64,000 nucleotides of DNA from Pseudomonadota bacterium (lineage in GTDB: Bacteria > Bdellovibrionota_B > Oligoflexia > Oligoflexales > CAIYRB01): contig JANOTL010000040.1 in assembly GCA_031416315.1 (NCBI GenBank), positions 1-64,000 of the forward strand, in the 5' to 3' direction. How positions within the stretch are numbered: position 1 is the stretch's first letter; each line of letters opens with the position of its first letter. A model generated the notes under the pieces. It worked only from the letters and a program-made list of their open reading frames with translations, did no database searches and was not told the origin of the DNA. Below, one piece after another: positions 31,190 to 40,208 of the stretch. The position numbers and the translations under genes are program-made.

Positions 31190-32005
31190 GTGAGCGCGCG
31201 CCCGAATCCCGCCGCGGATCGGCGGCGCGCGCTCCTGGCGGCCTCGGGTTTCGCCGAGGCGGCGAAAGCGCTCTTCGACCTCGCGAAGGCGGCGCGCAAG
31301 ACCGTTTCCCTAGCCTCGCTATGCACCCGCATCGGCCTGAAGTCGCGAGGCCACCTTTCCGAGATCCTCGCCGGCAAGCGCACGCTCGACGGCGCCAAGG
31401 TCGGCAAGCTCGGCGAAGCGCTCGGGCTCAAGGGTCCAGAGATCGAGTTCTTCGCCCTCCTGCACGCGCAGGCGACGGACGACCCGAGGATGCAGCTCTT
31501 GCGCCGCGTCCTAAGCGCCGCCGAGCCCGAGGCCCCGGCGCGCCTTGGCGAGATGTTCCTCGCATTCAAGGTCTTCGCCGCCTTCTCCCTCTTCGGCGAC
31601 CGACCGACCCGCGATCAGCTCGTCGACTTCTTCGGCAAGGCCAACTGCCAGGACGTCGACCGCAGCCTGGCGCTCCTTGTGGACGAAGGCCTCGTGAGCA
31701 TCGAAGGCAAGTCCTTCGCCGCCCACTTCGAGCACGTGATCTTCCGCAACGACGGCACCGGCTTTTCGCTGCGCGACTACCTCCACATGTCGCTCGACGA
31801 TGCGCGCCGGACTCTGGAGCGCTGGGTCAACGCTCGGGACGTCGCCAACTATCAGGCGAGCATCATCAGCGTCCGACGCTCGGATCTTCTCCGCATCCTT
31901 CCTGAGATCAAGGCGCGCCTTCGCGAAGAGCAGTCGCGCCTCGAAAGCGACAAGGGCGACATGCTGGTGCACTTCAACGTGCAGATTTACCCGGTGGAGC
32001 CTTAG
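31190..32005 (+). CDS. TIGR02147/DUF4423-family protein
   Basis: HTH-like GLKSRGHLSEILAGKR, E-FF-LL, C-terminal VHFNVQIYP. Confidence 0.8.
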   Translation: MSARPNPAADRRRALLAASGFAEAAKALFDLAKAARKTVSLASLCTRIGLKSRGHLSEILAGKRTLDGAKVGKLGEALGLKGPEIEFFALLHAQATDDPRMQLLRRVLSAAEPEAPARLGEMFLAFKVFAAFSLFGDRPTRDQLVDFFGKANCQDVDRSLALLVDEGLVSIEGKSFAAHFEHVIFRNDGTGFSLRDYLHMSLDDARRTLERWVNARDVANYQASIISVRRSDLLRILPEIKARLREEQSRLESDKGDMLVHFNVQIYPVEP

Positions 32006-32027
32006 CGACTGCCGGCCGGCCGACACC

Positions 32028-33998
32028 TCACGCCGCGACTTTATAGATCGCCATCTCCGCCGCCGACCCCCGCAAGGTCTCGCGCCCGCACAAGACGCCC
32101 TCGATCTCGCTCCCTGCGCGCTCCATCACGGCAGGGGAGATCAGGATGTCGACGCCGAGCTTCTTCGTCAGCGACTCGAGGCGCGCGGCGATGTTCACGG
32201 CCGGGCCGATCACGGTAAAGTCGACGCGCTCGGCGTTGCCGATCGGACCGAAAATGACGCGACCGGCATGGATGCCGATACCGGCCTCGATGGGAAAGTC
32301 GCCGCGAGCCGCGCGCGTCACGTTCAAGCGCGCCAGGCCCTCGCGGATCGCGAGCGCCGCACGGACGGCGGCGAGCTCGTCGTTCGGACCGGCCGAAGGG
32401 ATGCCCCACAGCGCCAGCACGCCGTCGCCCATGAATTTGTCGATCGCGCCGCCGTGGCGGTGGACCGCGGTCGTGATGACGTCGAGGTACTGGTTCAAGG
32501 CGTAAAGCAGCGCTGCTGGCTCGTAGGTCTCGCAGTGAGCGGTGAAGTTGCGCATGTCGGCCGCGAGGACGACCGTGTGCTCATGGCGCAAGGCCGGCAG
32601 ATCGCGGCGCAGGATCACCTCACGCAGGATGCGCCGGTCGACGACCAGGCCGAAGCGGCTCAGGATCTTCTGGCGGTCGGCGATCGCCCGCGCCCATTCC
32701 AGGGCCAGACTAATCGCGGACCCGAAGAGAAAGACCAGCTTCCAATAGAGCATGGCGAAGGTCACGACCCGCGTCCCTTGCAGCGCCGTGAGTCCCGGCA
32801 AGAACGTCGTGCCGATGCCGACGACCCCGACCGAGGCGAGAAGCGCGGTGGAAAGGCAGACGTTGCGGCGGAAGCGCGGCAGCTTTGCGACGTGCAGCGT
32901 CAGCGCCGTCCGGAAGGCAAGGGCAGCGCCCGCAGCCATCAGCGCCATCAAGACTCCGCGCATCGCCGGAATCATGAACGTCACGACGCCGGCCGACGGT
33001 CCGCGCAGGAGAAGGGTCGTCGCGAAGGTCAGCAGCGCGACGACGCTCACGACGGTCACCCCGCGCGTGACGCGTTGCGGCAGGCGTAAGGTGTAGCAGA
33101 AGAACTGCGCCATCAAACACGCCTGCAGGAGCGTCATTCCCGCGCTAAGGGTCCATCCCCAGATACTTCCCGAGAGCTCGGAGCCAAAGCCGCCGTTCAC
33201 GACCTGGAGCCGCACCCCCTCGATCAAGGCCGCGCCCGCGAGCGCCAGGATGTCCTGATGGAACGGGGTAAAAAAGCTGCCCGCAGCGAGCAGCAGCGCG
33301 AGCGCAAGGTAGGCGATCACGAGCGTGACGATGACCATGTTGTCCGAGTCGCGGTAGCGGTTGCGGATCGTGTCGACTTGCTCCCAGCGGCTGACGAAGG
33401 GCTGCGCGTGGCCGGCGAAACCTGGGGAAAAGCTGTGGGTGCCGTGGATTTTGAAGGCGAGCGTGAGCTCGGGACCGTCGATGAGCCGCGCCGGAATGCG
33501 GAGCGGCGCCCGCCGCATGCCCTCGCCTGATTCGACGAGCTCGCCGTTGACGAAGAATTCCCAGGCGTCGGCGCGCACTTCGAGCGCGTCGAAGCCGAGG
33601 TCTATCTGAGGCTCCGGCCGCAGGCCCTCCGGAAGCGTCATCGTTCGGCTCAGGAACAAGAGACCGGCATCACCGAGGTCCGCGAGCATTGGCAAGGCCG
33701 CGGGCCACGATAGGCTCGACCCGAACTTCCGAGGCTCAGCGGCGCGTTGCGTGAGGCATGAGTAATCGGGGCATAGATCCGAGGGACCGATGCGAGCGTG
33801 CCACGGCGCATAAGTGAGATCGACGAACTGCAGATCTGCGGAGCGTGCGATGCGACCGTCGCCGATCCAGTAGTCTTTGCCCGTCCATAGGGCCGCGAGC
33901 GCGGCTAAGACGGCAACCGTTAACGCGAGCGAGAAGCGCACCCAAGGGCGCCGTGCCGCGGGGGTGGTGGTCGTCGTGATGGGAGAGGGTGAGCTCAT
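32028..33998 (-). CDS. Membrane adenylate/guanylate cyclase (extracellular beta-domain, multiple TM, class III cyclase)
   Basis: ADMRNFT, IDKFMGDG, GIGIHAG, DFTVIGPAVNIAARLE. Confidence 0.92.
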   Translation of the reverse strand: MSSPSPITTTTTPAARRPWVRFSLALTVAVLAALAALWTGKDYWIGDGRIARSADLQFVDLTYAPWHARIGPSDLCPDYSCLTQRAAEPRKFGSSLSWPAALPMLADLGDAGLLFLSRTMTLPEGLRPEPQIDLGFDALEVRADAWEFFVNGELVESGEGMRRAPLRIPARLIDGPELTLAFKIHGTHSFSPGFAGHAQPFVSRWEQVDTIRNRYRDSDNMVIVTLVIAYLALALLLAAGSFFTPFHQDILALAGAALIEGVRLQVVNGGFGSELSGSIWGWTLSAGMTLLQACLMAQFFCYTLRLPQRVTRGVTVVSVVALLTFATTLLLRGPSAGVVTFMIPAMRGVLMALMAAGAALAFRTALTLHVAKLPRFRRNVCLSTALLASVGVVGIGTTFLPGLTALQGTRVVTFAMLYWKLVFLFGSAISLALEWARAIADRQKILSRFGLVVDRRILREVILRRDLPALRHEHTVVLAADMRNFTAHCETYEPAALLYALNQYLDVITTAVHRHGGAIDKFMGDGVLALWGIPSAGPNDELAAVRAALAIREGLARLNVTRAARGDFPIEAGIGIHAGRVIFGPIGNAERVDFTVIGPAVNIAARLESLTKKLGVDILISPAVMERAGSEIEGVLCGRETLRGSAAEMAIYKVAA

Positions 33999-34081
33999 GC
34001 CCTCTCCCTTTCGGTCAACCAGCGGAAACTGCTAAATAAGTCGGATTTGGCAATCGATGAAGCCGCAGCCGATTCTTCGGC

Positions 34082-34657
34082 TCAGTCCGCTAGCTTCACG
34101 TCGACCTGCTTCACTGTGATTTGGTAGAGCTTGCCCTGCAACCCGGCGACCCCGAGCAAATCCCACGCGAGCTGTCGCGACGGCAGCTCGCTCGTGCCCG
34201 GGGCAAACAGCGGCTGATACGTGGCGCCGCTCTCTCCCTCGAAGGTCTCGAAGCCGAGCTCCGCGAGCAAGGCCGCGACGATCGCGTGGTGCGCGCCGAA
34301 GTGCAGGTCACCATCGAACTGTCCATCGCCGTCGCCGGAACTCGTCTGGAAAGGCGACTCCATGTCCATGATGCCGGCATACGACCGGGTCGCCGTCTTG
34401 ATCGTGACGTCCCGTCCGAGGAGGAAACCGAAAACGCTCCCGAAGTACTGACACGGCTTGGCGACGACCTCCGGCAAGAGTTGCAGCTTGATTTCCTTCT
34501 CAAACACATTGGACGTGTCGAACAGATCGACCGCGCGCAGCCGCAGGTCGACGACGACCCCCTTTTCTTTCATCCGAGACTGCGCCTCCTCGCAAGTCGC
34601 GGCGATACCGACGCTGCTACCCAAAGCCATAGCGAGCACAAAAAGACTGCGAATCAT
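34082..34657 (-). CDS. Secreted hypothetical protein
   Basis: AAGGAG RBS, signal peptide, ATGA overlap with the upstream gene. Confidence 0.65.
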   Translation of the reverse strand: MIRSLFVLAMALGSSVGIAATCEEAQSRMKEKGVVVDLRLRAVDLFDTSNVFEKEIKLQLLPEVVAKPCQYFGSVFGFLLGRDVTIKTATRSYAGIMDMESPFQTSSGDGDGQFDGDLHFGAHHAIVAALLAELGFETFEGESGATYQPLFAPGTSELPSRQLAWDLLGVAGLQGKLYQITVKQVDVKLAD

Positions 34658-35049
34658 GGGGCCGACTCCTTAAGCTGGGGAAAGCTCAGCGGCGCGACCG
34701 CGACTCTGAGGGCTTCCCATTTGCTGATGAAATAGAGGTGAAGGCAATCGCGTCCGACCCAGTACGCCCGGGCGGCGCTGCCGGCGATCGCGCGCTCGGC
34801 GCAGACCGACTCGCCTTCGCCCAAGGTGGGCGTTTGCGTTGCGATTTGGAAGTGACCTTCGGCGCGATACGTGATGACGACGTCGACCCTGACGCTAGCA
34901 CTACCTGGGATCAACTCAGGACGAAGGTCGCCGTCTCGCACCATGAGTCGATAGCCGTGGCTCATGTTGTAGAACGAACGCTTCGGGTTCCCTTGATCGA
35001 CACCTTTAGGCGTAAAGAGCGCTACGAGAACGAGCAGTGCAGAAATCAT
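34654..35049 (-). CDS. Small exported hypothetical protein
   Basis: MISALLVLVALF leader; ATGA overlaps at both ends. Confidence 0.6.
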   Translation of the reverse strand: MISALLVLVALFTPKGVDQGNPKRSFYNMSHGYRLMVRDGDLRPELIPGSASVRVDVVITYRAEGHFQIATQTPTLGEGESVCAERAIAGSAARAYWVGRDCLHLYFISKWEALRVAVAPLSFPQLKESAP

Positions 35050-35864
35050 GCGTGCGGCTCCAGCTCGAAGAACGACAGGTGCAATTGGTAGACGCGGTCG
35101 GAGGCAAGCGTCTCGAACTCGGCCTCCAGCTCTTGCTTGAAGGCTTCGATTCTCGCCTCGACCTCCGCCATGCGGCGCGGATCGAAGAGGAAGGTGCGGC
35201 CGCCCACGATGCGGCGCCCGGCCGCTTGGGTCGTCACCGCACGGCTCGCCGCGGCCAGCAGGTTCTCGTGCGTGCGCTCGAGATCGCGCGCGGCCAACGC
35301 GTCGCCGGTCCTGATCGTGGGCGCCAGCGTTTGCACACCTCTTTTCGTGCGCAGCCATAGTCCCGAATCCAGGAGCAGCGCCAGCCGCTTCTCCAGATCC
35401 GTCGCGGCGCGCTCCGGCAATCGCGCGAGCAGCCACCGCGGCTCCAGCTTGAATCCCGTGTGCTGCGCCAACAGGTAGAGCTTGAGATTGAGCGGCTCCG
35501 CGAGGATCGCCACGTGCCGCGCCGCCATCTCCGGCGCCGCCGCCGGCCGGGCCGCGAGCCGCGCGAGCTTGTCGGCGAGCCGCCGCCGCGTCGCGGGGTC
35601 GGTCTCCGCTTCCAACGTTCCCGCGGTCACCAGGCACTCGGTCTCGTACTTACTGAGACCGAGGCCGAGCGCGAACTTCGCCAGCGCCTCGGCCGAAGGC
35701 TGACGCTCGCCCTCGATCACCAGCTGAAAATAAGAGGGCGAGCGCAGGCCGCTCTTGCGAGCGAGCCAACGCGCCGAGAACTTCGGCTTCGTCGCCTTCA
35801 GCGTCTGGTAGCGGTCGCGCAGGAACTCGCGCCAGCTGGGATGGGTGAAGAATGGGGTGTCCAT
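35046..35864 (-). CDS. TIGR02147/DUF4423-family protein
   Basis: REFLRDRY..FSARWLARKSGLRSPSY..GER; C-terminal VYQLHLSFF. Confidence 0.88.
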   Translation of the reverse strand: MDTPFFTHPSWREFLRDRYQTLKATKPKFSARWLARKSGLRSPSYFQLVIEGERQPSAEALAKFALGLGLSKYETECLVTAGTLEAETDPATRRRLADKLARLAARPAAAPEMAARHVAILAEPLNLKLYLLAQHTGFKLEPRWLLARLPERAATDLEKRLALLLDSGLWLRTKRGVQTLAPTIRTGDALAARDLERTHENLLAAASRAVTTQAAGRRIVGGRTFLFDPRRMAEVEARIEAFKQELEAEFETLASDRVYQLHLSFFELEPHA

Positions 35865-35907
35865 AGCCAAAGCTTACGGCGCAAAGGCCGCCAGGCTCAA
35901 GGCGGGA

Positions 35908-35935
35908 GTGGACATTTACGTCCACCCGAGTGGAC
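35908..35935. promoter_or_regulatory. Triple GTGGAC/GTCCAC box upstream of the TIGR02147 gene
   Basis: GTGGAC-ATTTAC-GTCCAC-CCGA-GTGGAC. Confidence 0.4.
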
Positions 35936-35939
35936 ACCA

Positions 35940-37391
35940 TCACTCCTTGTCCTCAAGCCCGGCCGGCGCCAGCTTCGCGATCTGCACCGCGAGGAAAGAC
36001 GGCTTCCGATCGTCGATCTCCGCCCGCTCCTTCGCCGCCACCGCCGCGCGCACGACGTGCGCTCCGATGTAGCGGATCGGCTCCGGCGGGAAGGTGCCGA
36101 CGGAGCGTTGAATCAGCGGATACTCGCCCCAACGGTCCTTGCGGCCCAAGGCCAGGCTCGCGAGGATCTTGCCGCCGACGACGCTCGGGCCGACGCCGTT
36201 GCCGCTCCAGCCGACGCCGTAGATGATGTGCTCGTGCCGCGGCAGGCGGCCGAGGAGCGGCAGGCTGTTCGGCGTGCGATCGATCGGACCGCACCAGTCG
36301 TGAGTGATCTTCACGTCCTTCAGCGTCGGATAGTAGCGGCGCAAGTCGGCGGCGACGGTCGCGGCGCGGGCCGCGTTGCGGTCGAAATCGGCGCCGATGT
36401 TGCCCCCGTAGGCGATGCCCCAGCCGCCCTTGCCGAAGGCGATCCGTCCGTCGCGCGTGACGTGGTAGTAGTCGACCATCGTCTGCGAGTCGGTGATGCA
36501 TTCGCCGCCGGTCCAGCCGATCGTCTTCAGCTCGGCGGGAATTGGCGCGGTCATGATCATGTCGCTCGTGATCGGCACGATCATGCGGCTGAGCTCTTTG
36601 ATGCCGGCGGCCCAGGCGTTCGTGCAGATGACCAACTTGTCGGCGGTGAGGCTGCCCTCGGCCGTCGCCACGCGCACGGGACGCGCGCGCGTGAAGGACT
36701 CGACGCGGCTATTCTCATAGATCGAGACGCCGAGCTTCAACGCGACTTTGCGCAGGCCGCGCACGAGCGCCGCCGGGTGGATGGTCGCGGCGCTCGTCTC
36801 GACGACGCCGGCACGGTGCGCGGGGGAACCGGATCGTCGTGCGATCTCTGCGGGAGCCACACGCTGGAACGCCTCGACGCCCATTTTCTCGCAGAGCCCG
36901 ACGACGCCGTCCCAGGAGTTCATCTGCGCCGAGGAGGTCGCCGTCCACAGCCACGGAGCCTTGCGGAAATGCACGTCCAGGCCGTGCTCGGTCGCGAACG
37001 CGCCGATCTCGTCGATCGCCGCCTCGGAGTCGCGGCCGATCGCCAGCGCATCCTCCTTCCCGCACAGGGAGACCAAGGACGAGAGCTTCGGCCACCACGA
37101 CAGCGCGAAGCCGCCGTTGCGCCCCGAGGCACCGCCGCCGCAGATGTCCTGCTCGACGACGGCGACCAAGCAGCCCGGATCCGCCTTCTTGATCTGGATC
37201 GCGGTCCAAAGGCCCACGTAGCCGCCGCCGAGGATCGCGACGTCGGCCTTCGCCTGGCCGCGCAAGGGCGCCGCATCGGGGGCGTCGCCGGCGACGTCTT
37301 CGAGCCAAAAGGAGCGGTGCTTCTGCGTCAAGGGTGGGGCCTCCGTCGTTGCCGTGACGCGTGCATCGGCGGGCCGCCGGCGCCGCGTCAC
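35940..37391 (-). CDS. FAD-dependent oxidoreductase (DAO/PuuB-like)
   Basis: SFWL, GGGYVGLWTA, GASGRNGG, HPAALVRGL, GWSGNGV; start uncertain. Confidence 0.88.
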   Translation of the reverse strand: MTRRRRPADARVTATTEAPPLTQKHRSFWLEDVAGDAPDAAPLRGQAKADVAILGGGYVGLWTAIQIKKADPGCLVAVVEQDICGGGASGRNGGFALSWWPKLSSLVSLCGKEDALAIGRDSEAAIDEIGAFATEHGLDVHFRKAPWLWTATSSAQMNSWDGVVGLCEKMGVEAFQRVAPAEIARRSGSPAHRAGVVETSAATIHPAALVRGLRKVALKLGVSIYENSRVESFTRARPVRVATAEGSLTADKLVICTNAWAAGIKELSRMIVPITSDMIMTAPIPAELKTIGWTGGECITDSQTMVDYYHVTRDGRIAFGKGGWGIAYGGNIGADFDRNAARAATVAADLRRYYPTLKDVKITHDWCGPIDRTPNSLPLLGRLPRHEHIIYGVGWSGNGVGPSVVGGKILASLALGRKDRWGEYPLIQRSVGTFPPEPIRYIGAHVVRAAVAAKERAEIDDRKPSFLAVQIAKLAPAGLEDKE

Positions 37392-38914
37392 TTCCGCACG
37401 CACACCGCGTATCGATAGGACGTCAGGTCGTCGGCGCGAGGCTTACCGTCGTCCAGTCCGACGGCCGTGGCCTGCGCACCGGCACTCTCGCCGCTCCAGA
37501 AGAGGAAGTTCTCGGACTTCGGCGCGCCGAGGTAGATGATGGTGTCCGCCGTCGGCGCGTTCGCGAGGTGCGCGAGGCCGCCGCCAGCGGCACCGGAGAC
37601 CGCCGCGAGCTCACGAATCATGGGGAGCCGCCAGGAGCCGGGTTTGGTCCCGTCTTCCGTCAGGGCCTCGCAGTGGGCTTTGGCCTCTGGCCATAGCCTC
37701 GCGGCGGCGACACGGCTCCAAACGCGCCCCTCGGCATCGCCTCTCTTCGTCGTCTTGCAACCCTCGGGAACGGTCGTCCACTCCCCGTCGTTCATCACGC
37801 AGGTACTCGCGGGACCGACCATGATGTCGCCGTATAAAAAGCGCGCGACGTGCGCGTCGTCCGTTACGACCCCGCAGACGTAGTGTCGACCACCCCCTCC
37901 CGCCAACCCCTTAGTTTGCCATTTCAGCTTTTTTTCTTTGGCGCCGAGCGGCTGGTCGTTCAGTTTCGTCCAGCCGGCGAGGGTGCCGTTGAAGCATCCG
38001 CCGCTCTCGTCGCGACGGTGGTAAAACTGGACCTTGACGGCCGTGCCGGCTCCCGGCGTGGTGGTGAAGTCGAGCTCGACCGTCGCGTCGAGGGGGAACG
38101 TGGCGCCCGCGAGCGGCTGCGCGAGCGCGAGCCGTGGTCGGCCCGCGGTGGCGGCGCAGCGAAAGCCGATCGCCGCGCTGCCAGTCGGTCGAAGGTTCGC
38201 GTTCCAGAAGTTGATCGCGTGGATTCCAGCGCCGGCACCCGCCCGGTGATCGCCGCCTCGGACGATGGCAAGGCCCTTGCCGGCGTGCCAGAGGCTCTTG
38301 TCTTCGAACGCGCGTGGCGGGCCGCCGACGGCGGGAAAGGCGAGCGTGTCGTCCCACGCCGGAATGACGACGAGCGGGATCTTGTTCGTGCCGACCCAGG
38401 TCTTGCCGTCATAGGCGGCGGGCGCCGCGCCGGCGAAGCCCGGCTCGTGCGACGCATCGATCACGACCTTGCTGAGGCGCCCGGCGTCGTCGACGTCGGC
38501 TTCGAAATCGACCATCTCCCAGGCGTTACCGACGAGGTCATAGGCGCCCACGGCCGATCGGCAAGCGAGCGCAGCCGTGGGGGCGCGGAAATCCGTCGAG
38601 CTCGCGTTGCAGTCTTTCGCAGCGTCGGGCGTGCCGGCGGCCGCGGCGGCCCACTCCTGCAAAGTGGGCAGACGCATGCCGCGCGAGGCGCATGCCGCCT
38701 TCGCCGCCGCGTGGGACAGAGCGGTCCTGGGATTCTTGCCGGCGGTCGAGACGAAGCGCGCTTTCGCGTCGTCGAAGCTGACCTCGAAGGGGTCGACGAG
38801 GATCTCGTACTTCAAGCCGGAAACGGCGGATGGAATGGAGATCAGTTCCGCGGCGGCGGCGGCGCCGGACGCTACGAGACTCGAGACGAGAAGGGCCAAA
38901 GCGGTAGGTGGCAC
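37388..38914 (-). CDS. Secreted protein with FGE-sulfatase/SUMF1 domain, Ig-like domain and DUF1566-like domain
   Basis: RLPTLQEW, DLVGNAWE, RGG, IGFRC; second module WRLPMIREL, FWS, AVCVR. Confidence 0.8.
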   Translation of the reverse strand: MPPTALALLVSSLVASGAAAAAELISIPSAVSGLKYEILVDPFEVSFDDAKARFVSTAGKNPRTALSHAAAKAACASRGMRLPTLQEWAAAAAGTPDAAKDCNASSTDFRAPTAALACRSAVGAYDLVGNAWEMVDFEADVDDAGRLSKVVIDASHEPGFAGAAPAAYDGKTWVGTNKIPLVVIPAWDDTLAFPAVGGPPRAFEDKSLWHAGKGLAIVRGGDHRAGAGAGIHAINFWNANLRPTGSAAIGFRCAATAGRPRLALAQPLAGATFPLDATVELDFTTTPGAGTAVKVQFYHRRDESGGCFNGTLAGWTKLNDQPLGAKEKKLKWQTKGLAGGGGRHYVCGVVTDDAHVARFLYGDIMVGPASTCVMNDGEWTTVPEGCKTTKRGDAEGRVWSRVAAARLWPEAKAHCEALTEDGTKPGSWRLPMIRELAAVSGAAGGGLAHLANAPTADTIIYLGAPKSENFLFWSGESAGAQATAVGLDDGKPRADDLTSYRYAVCVRK

Positions 38915-39244
38915 TTAAGTCTCCGAATGTGGGGGTTATTTTGGGTCAGAAGCGATGCTACCGAGGCCCTGGGACCGTGTCGATGCCAAACGCGGCGGCG
39001 CCTTCCCGCGGGCCAAATGCAGGAAGGATTCTGGGAGATTTCCCCATGTTCTCGCGTCGGATTCGAAAATCCCATTTTCCCGGCGTCGCCTAAGGTCCAG
39101 AAACGGTTGCCGATTTGGGGCGGAATTTCTTGATCCTCAAGTGCGCGGCGCACTGGGCGATATTCCTCATATCAGGTGCGCAACTCGGGTCCGGAAGTCT
39201 GCTGAGCGGCAGCCTGAACACTTTCACCCTTCGGAGGCAAGATT

Positions 39245-39694
39245 ATGAAAGTTCAAGGATTTTTCGGTTTGGTGCTGGCGGCCGCGGCGACTTTGGCGAT
39301 GAGCTCGAGCGCGTTTGGCGTGACCCGTTACTTCCTCGTCCACGCGGGATCGGACGTCTCACCTACGGTCGACATCTTCTCCATTATCGGTAAGCCGGGC
39401 GGCAGCGGAACGCTCTCCACCAACCTCAACAACAACGTGCTGGACTGCGGCGAAGAAGACGACGGCCTTGGGGGCCAGCAGGCGTCTTCGCTCTACACCG
39501 GCTCCTACGAGGAAACCTTCATCCTGGCCCTCGCCACCGACAACTCGAAGCCTGGCCGCTTCCTTCAGAAGTCGTGGATCATCGGCTCGCGCCCGAATCC
39601 GGGCAAAAAAGTCACGAGCATCTCCCAGACCGGTAGCGCCCCCTGCGCTCTTGGCGCTGCCTCGTTCAATATGTACTACGGCGCCATGGACTGA
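39245..39694 (+). CDS. Secreted hypothetical protein
   Basis: GGAGG RBS, signal peptide ending AFG, Cys pair. Confidence 0.7.
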   Translation: MKVQGFFGLVLAAAATLAMSSSAFGVTRYFLVHAGSDVSPTVDIFSIIGKPGGSGTLSTNLNNNVLDCGEEDDGLGGQQASSLYTGSYEETFILALATDNSKPGRFLQKSWIIGSRPNPGKKVTSISQTGSAPCALGAASFNMYYGAMD

Positions 39695-39754
39695 TCGGGG
39701 GCGATCGCATTAGCCAGTACGGCTCGATTGAAACCCTTGAAAGGAGTCTAATAT

Positions 39755-40084
39755 ATGTTCAAGAAACTATTGGGCAGCGGCGCCCTTGCGCTGGCGATGA
39801 TGACATCGCAAGCTGCCTACTCGGTCGCGGCAACGGCAGAGGTCACTCTGGTAACAGCGCCGTCCGCTGGCGATAAGACGGTGATGTCGGCCTCAGCTTC
39901 CGACAGTACCCCCGCCTTTGTCGACGCCACACCTGCCGGCGATGTGGAGCTCGCTGTCCCGACGGGTGTCACGAGCTGGAGCCTTGTCGTCGGTGACCCT
40001 GTCGACGCCACGAGCGTGTCATGCTCCGGCGGCTCCTGTTCGGTCACTATGACCATGGTCGAAGCAATCGCATTTATCGAGTAG
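39755..40084 (+). CDS. Secreted Ser/Thr/Ala-rich hypothetical protein
   Basis: AAGGAG RBS, signal peptide, CSGGSC. Confidence 0.7.
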   Translation: MFKKLLGSGALALAMMTSQAAYSVAATAEVTLVTAPSAGDKTVMSASASDSTPAFVDATPAGDVELAVPTGVTSWSLVVGDPVDATSVSCSGGSCSVTMTMVEAIAFIE

Positions 40085-40098
40085 AAAACCCGACTCGG

Positions 40099-40166
40099 AC
40101 CGAGCGTCCCGCGAGGTCGGGCGCTCGGTAAGAACGCCCCGCCGGAGATTTTCCGGCGGGGCGTTC
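40099..40166. terminator. Two hairpins between convergent genes
   Basis: ACCGAGCG...CGCTCGGT (40099-40129) and GAACGCCCCGCCGGA-GATTT-TCCGGCGGGGCGTTC (40132-40166). Confidence 0.65.
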
Positions 40167-40208
40167 CCGCATTCAAGGGCGGCGCCGAGCGCCGCATTTC
40201 CCGTCGCC

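Noticed and set aside
37388..38914. Diversity-generating retroelement suggested by CLec-fold (FGE-sulfatase, DUF1566) domains
   Set aside because: No reverse transcriptase or Avd in the window and no second copy of the 3' region differing at adenines was found by eye; a remote template cannot be excluded
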